A stretch of 64,000 nucleotides of DNA from the human T2T-CHM13v2.0 reference genome, Homo sapiens, in assembly GCF_009914755.1 (NCBI RefSeq), contig NC_060933.1; one strand, given 5' to 3'. A model generated the notes under the pieces. The model worked only from the letters and a program-made list of their open reading frames with translations, was not told the origin of the DNA and did no database searches. Of the stretch, positions 1 through 14,300 are shown in pieces. Both the position numbers and the translations under genes were made by a program. Every line of letters begins with the position of its first letter. Positions within the stretch are counted from its first letter, which is position 1.

Positions 1-24
1 GGAATGGAATGGAATGGAATCAAC

Positions 25-38
25 TCGATTGCAATCGA
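25..38. other. Perfect 14-bp palindrome TCGATTGCAATCGA (representative; more than 25 copies)
   Basis: The sequence equals its own reverse complement. It recurs at e.g. 3811, 7069, 7833, 8507, 12217, 17197, 27496, 37023, 44317, 51313, 59049 and 62034. Confidence 0.9.
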
Positions 39-230
39 ATGGAATGGAATGGAATTAACCCGAATAGAATGGAATGGAATGGAATGGAACGGAACGGAAC
101 GGAATGGAATGGAATGGAATGGTACGGAACGGAACGGAACGGAATGGAATGGAATGGAATGGAATGGAATGGAATGGAATGGAATCAAAGCGAGTGCAGG
201 GGAATGGAATGGAATGGAATGCAATGGAAT

Positions 231-245
231 GGAATCTTCCGGAAT
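231..245. promoter_or_regulatory. Perfect tripartite heat-shock element nGAAnnTTCnnGAAn (representative of 26 copies in the window)
   Basis: GGAATCTTCCGGAAT = G-GAA-TC-TTC-CG-GAA-T matches the canonical HSF1 consensus. SatIII is an established HSF1 target, but occupancy of this particular site is not shown. Confidence 0.6.
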
Positions 246-2950
246 GGAATGGAATGGAATGGAATGAAATGCAATGGATTCAAATCGATTGCAATGGAAT
301 GGAATAGAATGGAATGGAATGGAATGCAATGGAATTAATCCGAATAGAATGGAATGGAATGGAATGGAACGGAATGCAACGGAATGGAATGGAATGGAAT
401 GGAATGGTACGGAATGGAATGGAATGGTACGGAATAGAATGGAATGGAACGAATTGCAATGGAATGGAATTGAATGGAATGGAATGGAATGGAATGGAAT
501 GGAATCAACGCGATTGCAGGGGAATGTAATGGAACGGAATGCAATGGAATGGAATCATCCGGAATGGAATGGAATGGAATGGAATGGAATGGAATCAACC
601 CGAGTGCAATGGAATGGAGTGGAATGGAATGGAATGGAATGGAACAACCCGAAGGGAATGTAATGTAATGCAGAGTAAGGGAGTTGAATAGAATCAATCC
701 GATTGTAGTGGAATGGAATGCAACGGAATGGAATGGAATGGAATGGAATGGAATGGAATGGAATGCAATGGAATGGAATCAACTCGAGTAAAGTGGAATG
801 CAATGGAATGGAATGGAATGGAATGGAATGGAATGGAATGGAATAGAATGGAATGGAATTGAATGGAATGGAACGCCTTCAAACCGAATGGAATGGAAAG
901 GAATGGAATCAACACGAGTGGAATGGAATGGAATGGAAAGGAAAGGAATGGAATGGAATGGTACCGAATAGAATGGAATGGAACGAACTGGAATGGAATG
1001 GAATGGAATGGAATGGAATGGAATCGTTCCGAGTGGAATAGGAGGGAATGTATTCGAGTGGAATGGAAAGGAATGGAATCAACCAGAGTGGAATGGAAGG
1101 GAATGGAATGGAATGGAAACTAATAGAATGGAATCAACCCGAGTGGAATGGAATGGAAAGGACTGGAATGGAATGGAATGGAATGGAATGGAATGGAATC
1201 AACTCGATTGGAATGGAATGGAATGGAATGGAATGGAATGGAATGGAAAGGACTGGAATGGAATGGAATGGAACGGAATGGAATGGAATGGAATCAACTC
1301 GATTGGAATGGAATGGAATGGAATGGAATGGAATGGAATTAACCCGAATAGAATGGAATGGAATGGAATGGAATCAACTCGATTGCAATGGAATGGAATG
1401 GAATGGAATGGAATCGAATGGAATGGAATGGAATTAACCGGAATAGAATGGAATGGAATGGAATGGAACGGAATGGAATGGAATGGAATGGAATGGAATG
1501 GAATGGAATGGAATGGAATCAACCCGAGTGCAGGGGAATGGAATGGAATGGAATGCAATGGAATGGAATCATCCGGAATGGAATGGAATGGAATGGAATG
1601 CAATCAACCTGATGTAATGGAATGGAGTGGAATGGAATGGAATGGAATTAACCCGAATAGAATGGAATGGAATGGAATGGAACGGAATGGAATGGAATGG
1701 AATGGAATGGAATGGAATGGAATGGAATCTACCCGACTGCAGGGGAATGGAATGGAATGGAATGGAATGGAATGGAATGGAATGGAATGGAATCTACCCG
1801 ACTGCAGGGGAATGGAATGGAATGGAATGCAATGGAATGGACTCATCCGGAACGGAATGGAATGGAATGGAATGCAATCAACTTGATTGCAATGGAATGG
1901 AATGGAATGGAATGCAATCGAATGGAATGGAATGGAATTAACCCGAATAGAAAGGAATGGAATGGAATGGAAAGGAATGGAAGGGAATGGAATGGAATGT
2001 AATCAACCCGAGTGCAGGGCAATGGAATAGAATGGAATGCAATGGAATGGAATCATCCGGAATGGAATGGAATGGAATGGAATGCAATCAACCTGATGCA
2101 ATGGAATGGAGTGGAATGGAATGGAATGGAATGGAAACATCCCGAATGGAATGGAATGTAATGGAGTGTAAGGGAATTGAATAGAATCAATCCGAATGTA
2201 ATGGAATGGAATGGGATGAAATAGAATGGAATGGAATGGAATGGAATCAACCCGAGTGCAATGGAATGGATTCGAATGGAATGGAATGGAATGGAATGGA
2301 TTCAACAAGAATGGAATGGAAAGGAATGGAATCAACCCGAGTGTAATGGCATGGAATGGAACGGAATGGAATGGGAAAGAATGGAATGGTACGGATTAGA
2401 ATGGAATGGAATGAAATGGAATGGAATGGAATGGAATGGAATGGAATTGAATGGAATGAATCCGTGTGCAATAGAATCGATTTGAATGGAATGGAATGGA
2501 TTCAACTCGAATGGAATCAACTCAATTACAATGGAATGGAATGGAATGGAAAGGAATAGAATGGAATCAACCCGAATGGAATGGAATGGAAAGGACTGGA
2601 ATGGAGTGGAATGGAATGGAATGGAATTAACCCGAATAGAATGGAATGGAACGGAATGGAACGGAATGTAATGGAATGGAATGGAATGGAATCAATCCGA
2701 GTGCAGGGGAATGGAATGGAATGGAATGCAATGGAATGGAATGATCCGGAATGGAATCAACTCGATTGCAATGGAATGGAATGGAATTGAATTAACCCGA
2801 ATAGAATGGAATGGAATGGAATGGAACGGAATGGAATGGAATGGAATGGAATGGAATGGAATGGAACGAAAAGGAATGGAATCAACCCGAGTGGAAAGGA
2901 CTGGAATGGAGTGGAATGGAATGGAATGGAATGGAATGGAATGGAATGGA

Positions 2951-5900
2951 ATCGTTCCTAGTGGAATAGGAGGGAATGTATTCGAGTGGAATGGAAAGGA
3001 ATGGAATCAACCAGAGTGGAATGGAAGGGAATGGAATGGAATGGAAACTAATAGAATTGAATCAACCCGAGTGGAATGGAATGGAAAGGACTGGTATGGA
3101 ATGGAATGGAATGGAATGGAATGGAATGGAATCAACTCGATTTTAATGGAATGGAATGGAATGGAATGGAATTAACCCGAATACAATGGAATGGAATGGA
3201 ATGGAACGGAATGGAGTGGAATGGAATGGAATCAACCCGAGTGCAGGGGAATGGAATGGAATGGAATGCAATGGAATGGAATCATCCGGAATGGAATGGA
3301 ATGGAATGCAAAGCAATGGAATCAACTCGATTGCAATGGAATGGAATGGAATGGAAAGGAATACATTGGAATCAACCCGAGTGGAATGGAATGGAAAGGG
3401 CTGGAATGGAGTGGAATGGAATGGAATGGAATGGAATGGAATCAACTCGATTGGAATGGAATGGAATGGAATGGAATTAACCCGAATACAATGGAATGGA
3501 ATGGAATGGAACGGAACGGAACGGAATGGAATGGAATGGAATGGAATGGAATGGAATGGAATGGAATCAACCCGACTGCAGGGGAATGGAATGGAATGGA
3601 ATGCAATGGAATGCATTCAACTTGAATGGAATGGAAAGAATGGAATCAACACGAGTGGAATGGCATGCATTGGAATGGAATGGAATGGAATGAACCCGAG
3701 TACAGGGGAATAGAATGGAATGGAATGCAATGGAATGGAATCATCCGCAATGGAATGGAAAGGAATGGAATGGAATGGAATGGAATGGAATGGAATGGAA
3801 TGGAATCAACTCGATTGCAATCGAATGGAATGGAATGGAATTAACCCGAATAGAATGGAATGTAATGGAATGGAACGGAACGGAACGGAATGGAATGGAA
3901 TGGAATGGAATGGAATGGAACAGAAAGGAATGGAAAGGAATGGAATGGAATGGAATGGAATGGAATGGAATCAACGCGAGTGCAGGGGAATGGAATGGAA
4001 TGGAATGCAATGGAATGGAATCTTCCGGAATGGAATGGAATGGAACGGAATGGAATGGAATGGAATGGAATGGAATGGAATAAACCCGAGTGCAATGGAA
4101 TGGAGTGGAATGGAATGGAATGGAATGGAACAACCCAAATGGAATGGAATGTAATGGAGAGTAAGGGAGTTGAATAGAATCAATCCGAATGTAATGGAAT
4201 GCAATGGAAAGGAATGGAATTGAATGGAATGGAATGAAATGCAATGGAATGGAATCAACCCGAGTGCAATGGAATGGAGAGGAATGGAATGGAATGGAAT
4301 GGAAACTACCCGAACGGAATGGAATGTAATGGAGTGTAAGGGAATTGAATAGAATCAATCCGAATGTAATAGAAAGGAATGGAACGGAATGGAATGGAAT
4401 GGAATGGAATGGAATGCAATGGAATGGAATCAACCCGAGTGCAATCGAATGGAATCGAATGGAATGGCATGCAATGGAATGGATTCAACTTGAATTGAAT
4501 GGAAAGAATGGAATCAACACGAGTGGAAGGGCATGGATTGGAATGCAATGGAATGGAATCAACCCGAGTACAGGGGAATGGAATGGAATGGAATGCAATG
4601 GAATGGAATCATCCGTAATGGAATGGAAAGGAATGGAATGGAATGGAATGGAATGGAATGGAATGGAATGGAATCAACACGATTGCAATCGAATGGAATG
4701 GAATGCAATTAACCCGAATAGAATGGAATGGAATGGAATGGAACGGAACGGAATGGAATGGAATGGAATGGAATGGATCGGAAAGGAAGGGAATGGAATG
4801 GAATGGAATGGAATGGAATGGACTGGAATGGAATCAACGCGAGTGCAGGGGAATGGAATGGAATGGAATGGAACGGAAAGGAACGGAATGGAATGGAATG
4901 GAATGGAATGGAATGGGCTGGAATGGAATCAACGCGAGTGCAGGGGAATGGAATGGAATGGAATGCAATGGAATGGAATCTTCCGGAATGAAATGGAATG
5001 GAATGAAATGCAATGGATTGAACTCGATTGCAATGGAATGGAATGGAATGGAATGGAATGGAATGGAATTAACACGAATAGAATGGAATGGAATGGAATG
5101 GAACGGAACGGAACGGAACGGAATGGAATGGAATGGAATGGAATGGAATGGAATGGAATGGTATGGAATGGAATGGTACGGAATAGAATGGAATGGAACG
5201 AATTGTAATGGAATGGAATTGAATGGAATGGAATGGAATGCAATGGAATCAACGCGAGTGCAGGGGAAAGTAATGGAAAGGAATGCAATGGAATGGAATC
5301 ATCCGGAATGGAATGAATGGAATGGAATGGAATCAACCCGAGTGCAATGGAATGGAGTGGAATGGAATGGAATGGAATTGAACAACCCGAATGGAATGGA
5401 ATGTAATGGAGAGTAAGGGAGTTGAATAGAATCAATCCGAATGTAATGGAATGGAATGCAACGGAATGGAATGGAATGGAATGGAATGGAATGGAATGCA
5501 AAGGAATGGAATCAACCCGAGTGGAATGGCATGGAATGGAATGCAATGGAATGGAATGGAATGGAATCAACTCGAGTGGAAAGGAATGGAATGGAATGGA
5601 AAGGAATGGAATGAAATCATCTCGAGTGGAATGGAATGGAATGGAATGGATTGGAATGGATTGCAATGGAATGAAATGGAATGGAATGGAATGGAATCAA
5701 TCATTCCGAGTGGAATGGAAGGGAATGTAATGGAGTGGAAAGAAGGGAATGGAATCAACCCGATTGGAATGCAAGGCAATGGAATGGAATGGAAAGGAAT
5801 GGAATGGAATCATCTCGATTGCAATGGAATGGAATGGAATGGAATGGAAAGGAATGGAATTCACCGGAATAGAATGGAATGCAATGGAATGGAACGGAAT

Positions 5901-8900
5901 GGAATGGAGTGGAAGGGAATGGAATCAACACGAGTGCAGGGGAATGGAATGGTAAGGAATGCAATTGAATGGAATCATCCGGAATGGAATGGAATGGAAT
6001 GGAATCAACACCATTGCAATGCAATGGAATGGAATGGAATGGAATAGAATGGAATAGAATTAACCCGAATAGAATGGAATGCAATAGAATGGAATGGAAC
6101 GGAACCGAATGGAGTGGAATGGAATGGAATGGAATCAACCTGAGTGCAGGGAAATGGAATGGAATGGAATGCAATGGAATGGAATCATCCGGAATGGAAT
6201 GGAATGGAATCAAATCGAGTGCAATGGAATGGAGTGAAATGGAATGGAATGGAATGGAAACAACCAGAATGGATTGGAATATAATGGAGTGTAAGGGAAT
6301 TGAATAGAATCAATCTGAATGTAATGAAATGGAATGGAACGGAATGGAATTGAATGGAATGGAATCGAATGGAATGGAATGGAATGGAATCAACCCGAGT
6401 GCAATGGAATGGATTCGAATGGAATGGAATGGAGTGGAATGGATTCAACCCGAATGGAATGGAAAGGAATGGAATCAACCAGAGTGGAATGACATGGAAT
6501 GGAATGGAATGGAATGGAATGGAATGGAATGGAATGGAATGGTTCGGAATAGAATGGATTGGAACAAAATGCAATGGAATGGAATGGAATGGAATGGAAT
6601 GGAATGGAATGGAATGGAATCAAGTCGATTGCAATGGAATGGAAAGGAATGGAATGGAACGGATTGGAATGGAATGGAATGGAATGGAATGGAATGGAAT
6701 GGAATGAAATGGAACGGAATGGAATGGAATCAACCCGAGTGCAGGGGAATGGAATGGAATGGAATGCAATGGAATGGAATGGAATGGAATGAAATGGAAT
6801 GGAATGGAGTGCAATGGAATGGAATCAACCCGAGTGCAATCGAATGGAATCGAATGGAATGGAATGCAATGGAATGGATTCAACTTGAATGGAATGGAAA
6901 GAATGGAATCAACACGAGTGGAATGGCATGGATTGGAATGGAATGGAATGGAATCAACCCGAGTACAGGGGAATGGAATGGAATGGAATGCAATGGAATG
7001 GAATCATCCGTAATGGAATGGAAAGGAATGGAATGGAATGGAATGGAATGGAATGGAATGGAATCAACTCGATTGCAATCGAATGGAATGGAATTGAATT
7101 AACCCGAATAGAATGGAATAGAATCGAATGGAACGGAAAGGAATGGAATGGAATGGAATGGATTGGAATGGAACGGAACGGAATGGAATGGAATGGAATG
7201 GAATGGAATCAACGCGAGTGCAGGGGAATGGAATGGAATGGAATGCAATGGAATGGAATCTTCCGGAATGGAATGGAATGGAATGGAATGGAATGGAATC
7301 AACCCGAGTGCAGGGGAATGGAATGGAATGGAAAGCAATGGAATGGAATCATCCGGAATGGAATGGAATGGAATGCAATGGAATGGAATGGAATGGAATG
7401 GAATCAACCTAAGTGCAATGGAACAGAATGAAATGGAATGGAATGGAATGGAAACAACCAGAATGGATTGGAATATAATGGAGTGTAAGGGAATTGAATA
7501 GAATGAATCTGAATGTAATGAAATGGAATGGAACGGAACGGAATGGAATGGAATGGAATGGAATGCAATGGAATGGAATCAACCCGCGTGCAATCGAATG
7601 GAATTGAATGCAATGGAATGCAATGGAATGGATTCAACTTGAATGGAATGGAAAGAATGGAATCAACACGAGTGGAATGGCATGGATTGGAATGGAATGG
7701 AATAGAATCAACCCGAGTACAGGGGAATGGAATGGAATGGAATGCAATGGAATGGAATCATCCGTAATGGAATGGAAAGGAATGGAATGTAATGGAATGG
7801 AATGCAATGGAATGGAATGGAATGGAATCAACTCGATTGCAATCGAATGGAATGGAATGGAATTAACCCGAATAGAATGGAATGGAATGGAATGGAACGG
7901 AACGGAATGGAATGGAATGGAATGGAATGGAATGGAACGGAAAGGAAGGGAATGGAATGGAATAGAATGGAATGGAATGGAATCAACGCGAGTTTAGGGG
8001 AATGGAATGGAATGGAATGCAATGGAATGGAATCATCCGGAATGGAATGGAATGGAATGCAATGGAATGGAATAGAATGGAATCAACCCGAGTGCAATGG
8101 AACGGAGTGAAATGGAATGGAATGGAATGGAAACAACCAGAATGGATTGGAATATAATGGAGTGTAAGGGAATTGAATAGAATCAATCCGAATGGAATGG
8201 AATGGAATGCAACGGAATGGAATGGAATGGAATGGAATGGAATGCAATGGAATGGAATCAACCCGAGTGCAATCGAATGGAATCGAATGGAATGGAATGC
8301 AATGGAATGGATTCAACTTGAATGGAATGGAAAGAATGGAATCAACACGAGTGGAATGGCATGGATTGGAATGGAATGGAATGCAATCAACCCGAGTACA
8401 GAGGAATGGAATGGAATGGAATGCAATGGAATGGAATCATCCCTAATGGAATGAGAAGGAATGGAATGGAATGGAATGGAATGGAATGGAATGGAATGGA
8501 ATCAACTCGATTGCAATCGAATGGAATGGAATGGAATTAACCCGAATAGAATGGAATGGAATGGAATGGAACGGAACGGAACGGAATGGAATGGAATGGA
8601 ATGGTACGGAACGGAACGGAACGGAATGGAATGGAATGGAATGGAATGGAATGGAATGGAATGGAATCAAAGCGAGTGCAGGGGAATGGAATGGAATGGA
8701 ATGCAATGGAATGGAATCTTCCGGAATGGAATGGAATGGAATGGAATGAAATGCAATGGATTCAAATCGATTGCAATGGAATGGAATAGAATGGAATGGA
8801 ATGGAATGCAATGGAATTAATACGAATAGAATGGAATGGAATGGAATGGAACGGAATGCAACGGAATGGAATGGAATGGAATGGAATGGTACGGAATGGA

Positions 8901-11352
8901 ATGGAATGGTACGGAATAGAATGGAATGGAACGAATTGCAATGGAATGGAATTGAATGGAATGGAATGGAATGGAATGGAATCAACGCGATTGCAGGGGA
9001 ATGTAATGGAACGGAATGCAATGGAATGGAATCATCCGGAATGGAATGGAATGGAATGGAATGGAATGGAATCAACCCGAGTGCAATGGAATGGAGTGGA
9101 ATGGAATGGAATGGAATGGAACAACCCGAAGGGAATGTAATGTAATGTAGAGTAAGGGAGTTGAATAGAATCAATCCGATTGTAATGGAATGGAATGCAA
9201 CGGAATGGAATGGAATGGAATGGAATGGAATGGAATGGAATGCAATGGAATGGAATCAACTCGAGTAAAGTGGAATGCAATGGAATGGAATGGAATGGAA
9301 TGGAATGGAATGGAATGGAATAGAATGGAATGGAATTGAATGGAATGGAACGCCTTCAAACCGAATGGAATGGAAAGGAATGGAATCAACACGAGTGGAA
9401 TGGAATGGAATGGAAAGGAAAGGAATGGAATGGAATGGTACCGAATAGAATGGAATGGAACGAACTGGAATGGAATGGAATGGAATGGAATGGAATGGAA
9501 TGGAATGGAATCGTTCCGAGTGGAATAGGAGGGAATGTATTCGAGTGGAATGGAAAGGAATGGAATCAACCAGAGTGGAATGGAAGGGAATGGAATGGAA
9601 TGGAAACTAATAGAATGGCATCAACCCGAGTGGAATGGAATGGAAAGGACTGGAATGGAATGGAATGGAATGGAATGGAATGGAATCAACTCGATTGGAA
9701 TGGAATGGAATGGAATGGAATGGAATGGAATGGAAAGGACTGGAATGGAATGGAATGGAATGGAATGGAATGGAATCAACTCGATTGGAATGGAATGGAA
9801 TGGAATGGAATGGAATGGAATTAACCCGAATAGAATGGAATGGAATGGAATGGAATCAACTCGATTGCAATGGAATGGAATCGAATGGAATGGAATGGAA
9901 TTAACCGGAATAGAATGGAATGGAATGGAATGGAACGGAATGGAATGGAATGGAATGGAATGGAATGGAATGGAATGGAATGGAATCAACCCGAGTGCAG
10001 GGGAATGGAATGGAATGGAATGCAATGGAATGGAATCATCCGGAATGGAATGGAATGGAATGGAATGCAATCAACCTGATGTAATGGAATGGAGTGGAAT
10101 GGAATGGAATGGAATTAACCCGAATAGAATTGAATGGAATGGAATGGAACGGAATGGAATGGAATGGAATGGAATGGAATGGAATGGAATGGAATCTACC
10201 CGACTGCAGGGGAATGGAATGGAATGGAATGCAATGGAATGGAATCATCCGGAACGGAATGGAATGGAATGGAATGCAATCAACTTGATTGCAATGGAAT
10301 GGAATGGAATGGAATGCAATCGAATGGAATGGAATGGAATTAACCCGAATAGAAAGGAATGGAATGGAATGGAAAGGAATGGAAGGGAATGGAATGGAAT
10401 GTAATCAACCCGAGTGCAGGGCAATGGAATAGAATGGAATGCAATGGAATGGAATCATCCGGAATGGAATGGAATGGAATGGAATGCAATCAACCTGATG
10501 CAATGGAATGGAGTGGAATGGAATGGAATGGAATGGAAACATCCCGAATGGAATGGAATGTAATGGAGTGTAAGGGAATTGAATAGAATCAATCCGAATG
10601 TAATGGAATGGAATGGGATGAAATAGAATGGAATGGAATGGAATGGAATCAACCCGAGTGCAATGGAATGGATTCGAATGGAATGGAATGGAATGGAATG
10701 GATTCAACAAGAATGGAATGGAAAGGAATGGAATCAACCCGAGTGTAATGGCATGGAATGGAACGGAATGGAATGGGAAAGAATGGAATGGTACGGATTA
10801 GAATGGAATGGAATGAAATGGAATGGAATGGAATGGAATGGAATGGAATTGAATGGAATGAATCCGTGTGCAATGGAATCGATTTGAATGGAATGGAATG
10901 GATTCAACTCGAATGGAATCAACTCAATTACAATGGAATGGAATGGAATGGAAAGGAATAGAATGGAATCAACCCGAATGGAATGGAATGGAAAGGACTG
11001 GAATGGAGTGGAATGGAATGGAATGGAATTAACCCGAATAGAATGGAATGGAACGGAATGGAACGGAATGTAATGGAATGGAATGGAATGGAATCAATCC
11101 GAGTGCAGGGGAATGGAATGGAATGGAATGCAATGGAATGGAATGATCCGGAATGGAATCAACTCGATTGCAATGGAATGGAATGGAATTGAATTAACCC
11201 GAATAGAATGGAATGGAATGGAATGGAACGGAATGGAATGGAATGGAATGGAATGGAATGGAATGGAACGAAAAGGAATGGAATCAACCCGAGTGGAAAG
11301 GACTGGAATGGAGTGGAATGGAATGGAATGGAATGGAATGGAATGGAATGGA
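2951..11352 (+). repeat. Large repeat unit U1, ~8.40 kb (long form lacking a 388-bp module)
   Basis: Starts at CGTTCCTAGTGG (2953); the next copy of this marker is at 11355 (offset 8402). Near-identical to U3. Confidence 0.85.
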
Positions 11353-14300
11353 ATCGTTCCTAGTGGAATAGGAGGGAATGTATTCGAGCGGAATGGAAAG
11401 GAATGGAATCAACCAGAGTGGAATGGAAGGGAATGGAATGGAATGGAAACTAATAGAATTGAATCAACCCGAGTGGAATGGAATGGAAAGGACTGGTATG
11501 GAATGGAATGGAATGGAATGGAATGGAATGGAATCAACTCGATTTTAATGGAATGGAATGGAATGGAATGGAATTAACCCGAATACAATGGAATGGAATG
11601 GAATGGAACGGAATGGAGTGGAATGGAATGGAATCAACCCGAGTGCAGGGGAATGGAATGGAATGGAATGCAATGGAATGGAATCATCCGGAATGGAATG
11701 GAATGGAATGCAAAGCAATGGAATCAACTCGATTGCAATGGAATGGAATGGAATGGAAAGGAATACATTGGAATCAACCCGAGTGGAATGGAATGGAAAG
11801 GGCTGGAATGGAGTGGAATGGAATGGAATGGAATGGAATGGAATCAACTCGATTGGAATGGAATGGAATGGAATGGAATTAACCCGAATACAATGGAATG
11901 GAATGGAATGGAACGGAACGGAACGGAATGGAATGGAATGGAATGGAATGGAATGGAATGGAATGGAATCAACCCGACTGCAGGGGAATGGAATGGAATG
12001 GAATGCAATGGAATGCATTCAACTTGAATGGAATGGAAAGAATGGAATCAACACGAGTGGAATGGCATGCATTGGAATGGAATGGAATGGAATGAACCCG
12101 AGTACAGGGGAATCGAATGGAATGGAATGCAATGGAATGGAATCATCCGCAAAGGAATGGAAAGGAATGGAATGGAATGGAATGGAATGGAATGGAATGG
12201 AATGGAATGGAATCAACTCGATTGCAATCGAATGGAATGGAATGGAATTAACCCGAATAGAATGGAATGTAATGGAATGGAACGGAACGGAACGGAATGG
12301 AATGGAATGGAATGGAATGGAACAGAAAGGAATGGAATGGAATGGAATGGAATGGAATGGAATGGAATGGAATCAACGCGAGTGCAGGGGAATGGAATGG
12401 AATGGAATGCAATGGAATGGAATCTTCCGGAATGGAATGGAATGGAACGGAATGGAATGGAATGGAATGGAATGGAATGGAATAAACCCGAGTGCAATGG
12501 AATGGAGTGGAATGGAATGGAATGGAATGCAATGGAATGGAATCAACCCGCGTGCAATCGAATGGAATTGAATGCAATGGAATGCAATGGAATGGATTCA
12601 ACTTGAATGGAATGGAAAGAATGGAATCAACACGAGTGGAATGGCATGGATTGGAATGGAATGGAATAGAATCAACCCGAGTACAGGGGAATGGAATGGA
12701 ATGGAATGCAATGGAATGGAATCATCCGTAATGGAATGGAAAGGAATGGAATGTAATGGAATGGAATGCAATGGAATGGAATGGAATGGAATCAACTCGA
12801 TTGCAATCGAATGGAATGGAATGGAATTAACCCGAATAGAATGGAATGGAATGGAATGGAACGGAACGGAATGGAATGGAATGGAATGGAATGGAATGGA
12901 ACGGAAAGGAAGGGAATGGAATGGAATAGAATGGAATGGAATGGAATCAACGCGAGTTTAGGGGAATGGAATGGAATGGAATGCAATGGAATGGAATCAT
13001 CCGGAATGGAATGGAATGGAATGCAATGGAATGGAATAGAATGGAATCAACCCGAGTGCAATGGAACGGAGTGAAATGGAATGGAATGTTATGGAAACAA
13101 CCAGAATGGATTGGAATATAATGGAGTGTAAGGGAATTGAATAGAATCAATCCGAATGGAATGGAATGGAATGCAACGGAATGGAATGGAATGGAATGGA
13201 ATGGAATGCAATGGAATGGAATCAACCCGAGTGCAATCGAATGGAATCGAATGGAATGGAATGCAATGGAATGGATTCAACTTGAATGGAATGGAAAGAA
13301 TGGAATCAACACGAGTGGAATGGCATGGATTGGAATGGAATGGAATGCAATCAACCCGAGTACAGAGGAATGGAATGGAATGGAATGCAATGGAATGGAA
13401 TCATCCCTAATGGAATGAGAAGGAATGGAATGGAATGGAATGGAATGGAATGGAATGGAATGGAATGGAATCAACTCGATTGCAATCGAATGGAATGGAA
13501 TGGAATTAACCCGAATAGAATGGAATGGAATGGAATGGAACGGAACGGAACGGAATGGAATGGAATGGAATGGTACGGAACGGAACGGAACGGAATGGAA
13601 TGGAATGGAATGGAATGGAATGGAATGGAATGGAATCAAAGCGAGTGCAGGGGAATGGAATGGAATGGAATGCAATGGAATGGAATCTTCCGGAATGGAA
13701 TGGAATGGAATGGAATGAAATGCAATGGATTCAAATCGATTGCAATGGAATGGAATAGAATGGAATGGAATGGAATGCAATGGAATTAATCCGAATAGAA
13801 TGGAATGGAATGGAATGGAACGGAATGCAACGGAATGGAATGGAATGGAATGGAATGGTACGGAATGGAATGGAATGGTACGGAATAGAATGGAATGGAA
13901 CGAATTGCAATGGAATGGAATTGAATGGAATGGAATGGAATGGAATGGAATCAACGCGATTGCAGGGGAATGTAATGGAACGGAATGCAATGGAATGGAA
14001 TCATCCGGAATGGAATGGAATGGAATGGAATGGAATGGAATCAACCCGAGTGCAATGGAATGGAGTGGAATGGAATGGAATGGAATGGAACAACCCGAAG
14101 GGAATGTAATGTAATGCAGAGTAAGGGAGTTGAATAGAATCAATCCGATTGTAATGGAATGGAATGCAACGGAATGGAATGGAATGGAATGGAATGGAAT
14201 GGAATGGAATGCAATGGAATGGAATCAACTCGAGTAAAGTGGAATGCAATGGAATGGAATGGAATGGAATGGAATGGAATGGAATGGAATAGAATGGAAT

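Larger units (their letters stand above)
1..2950 (+). repeat. Large repeat unit U0 (3' part only; runs off the window start)
   Basis: Rare markers GGAATCAAAGCGAG (181), GAACGCCTTCAAACCG (871) and GGGATGAAATAG (~2214) recur in the same order at 8663/9348, 13632/14317 and 22453/23138. Confidence 0.85.

Noticed and set aside
675-702. Hairpin/terminator-like TTGAATAGAATCAA and G-quadruplex potential of the GGG/GGGG words
   Set aside because: The stem is only 4-5 bp with no U-tract. G3+ runs are isolated and too far apart for a canonical G4.
1025-1060. AGGAGG Shine-Dalgarno-like motif before ATG (TAGGAGGGAATG)
   Set aside because: It is a chance satellite variant in eukaryotic heterochromatin, and the downstream ORF is just repeat.
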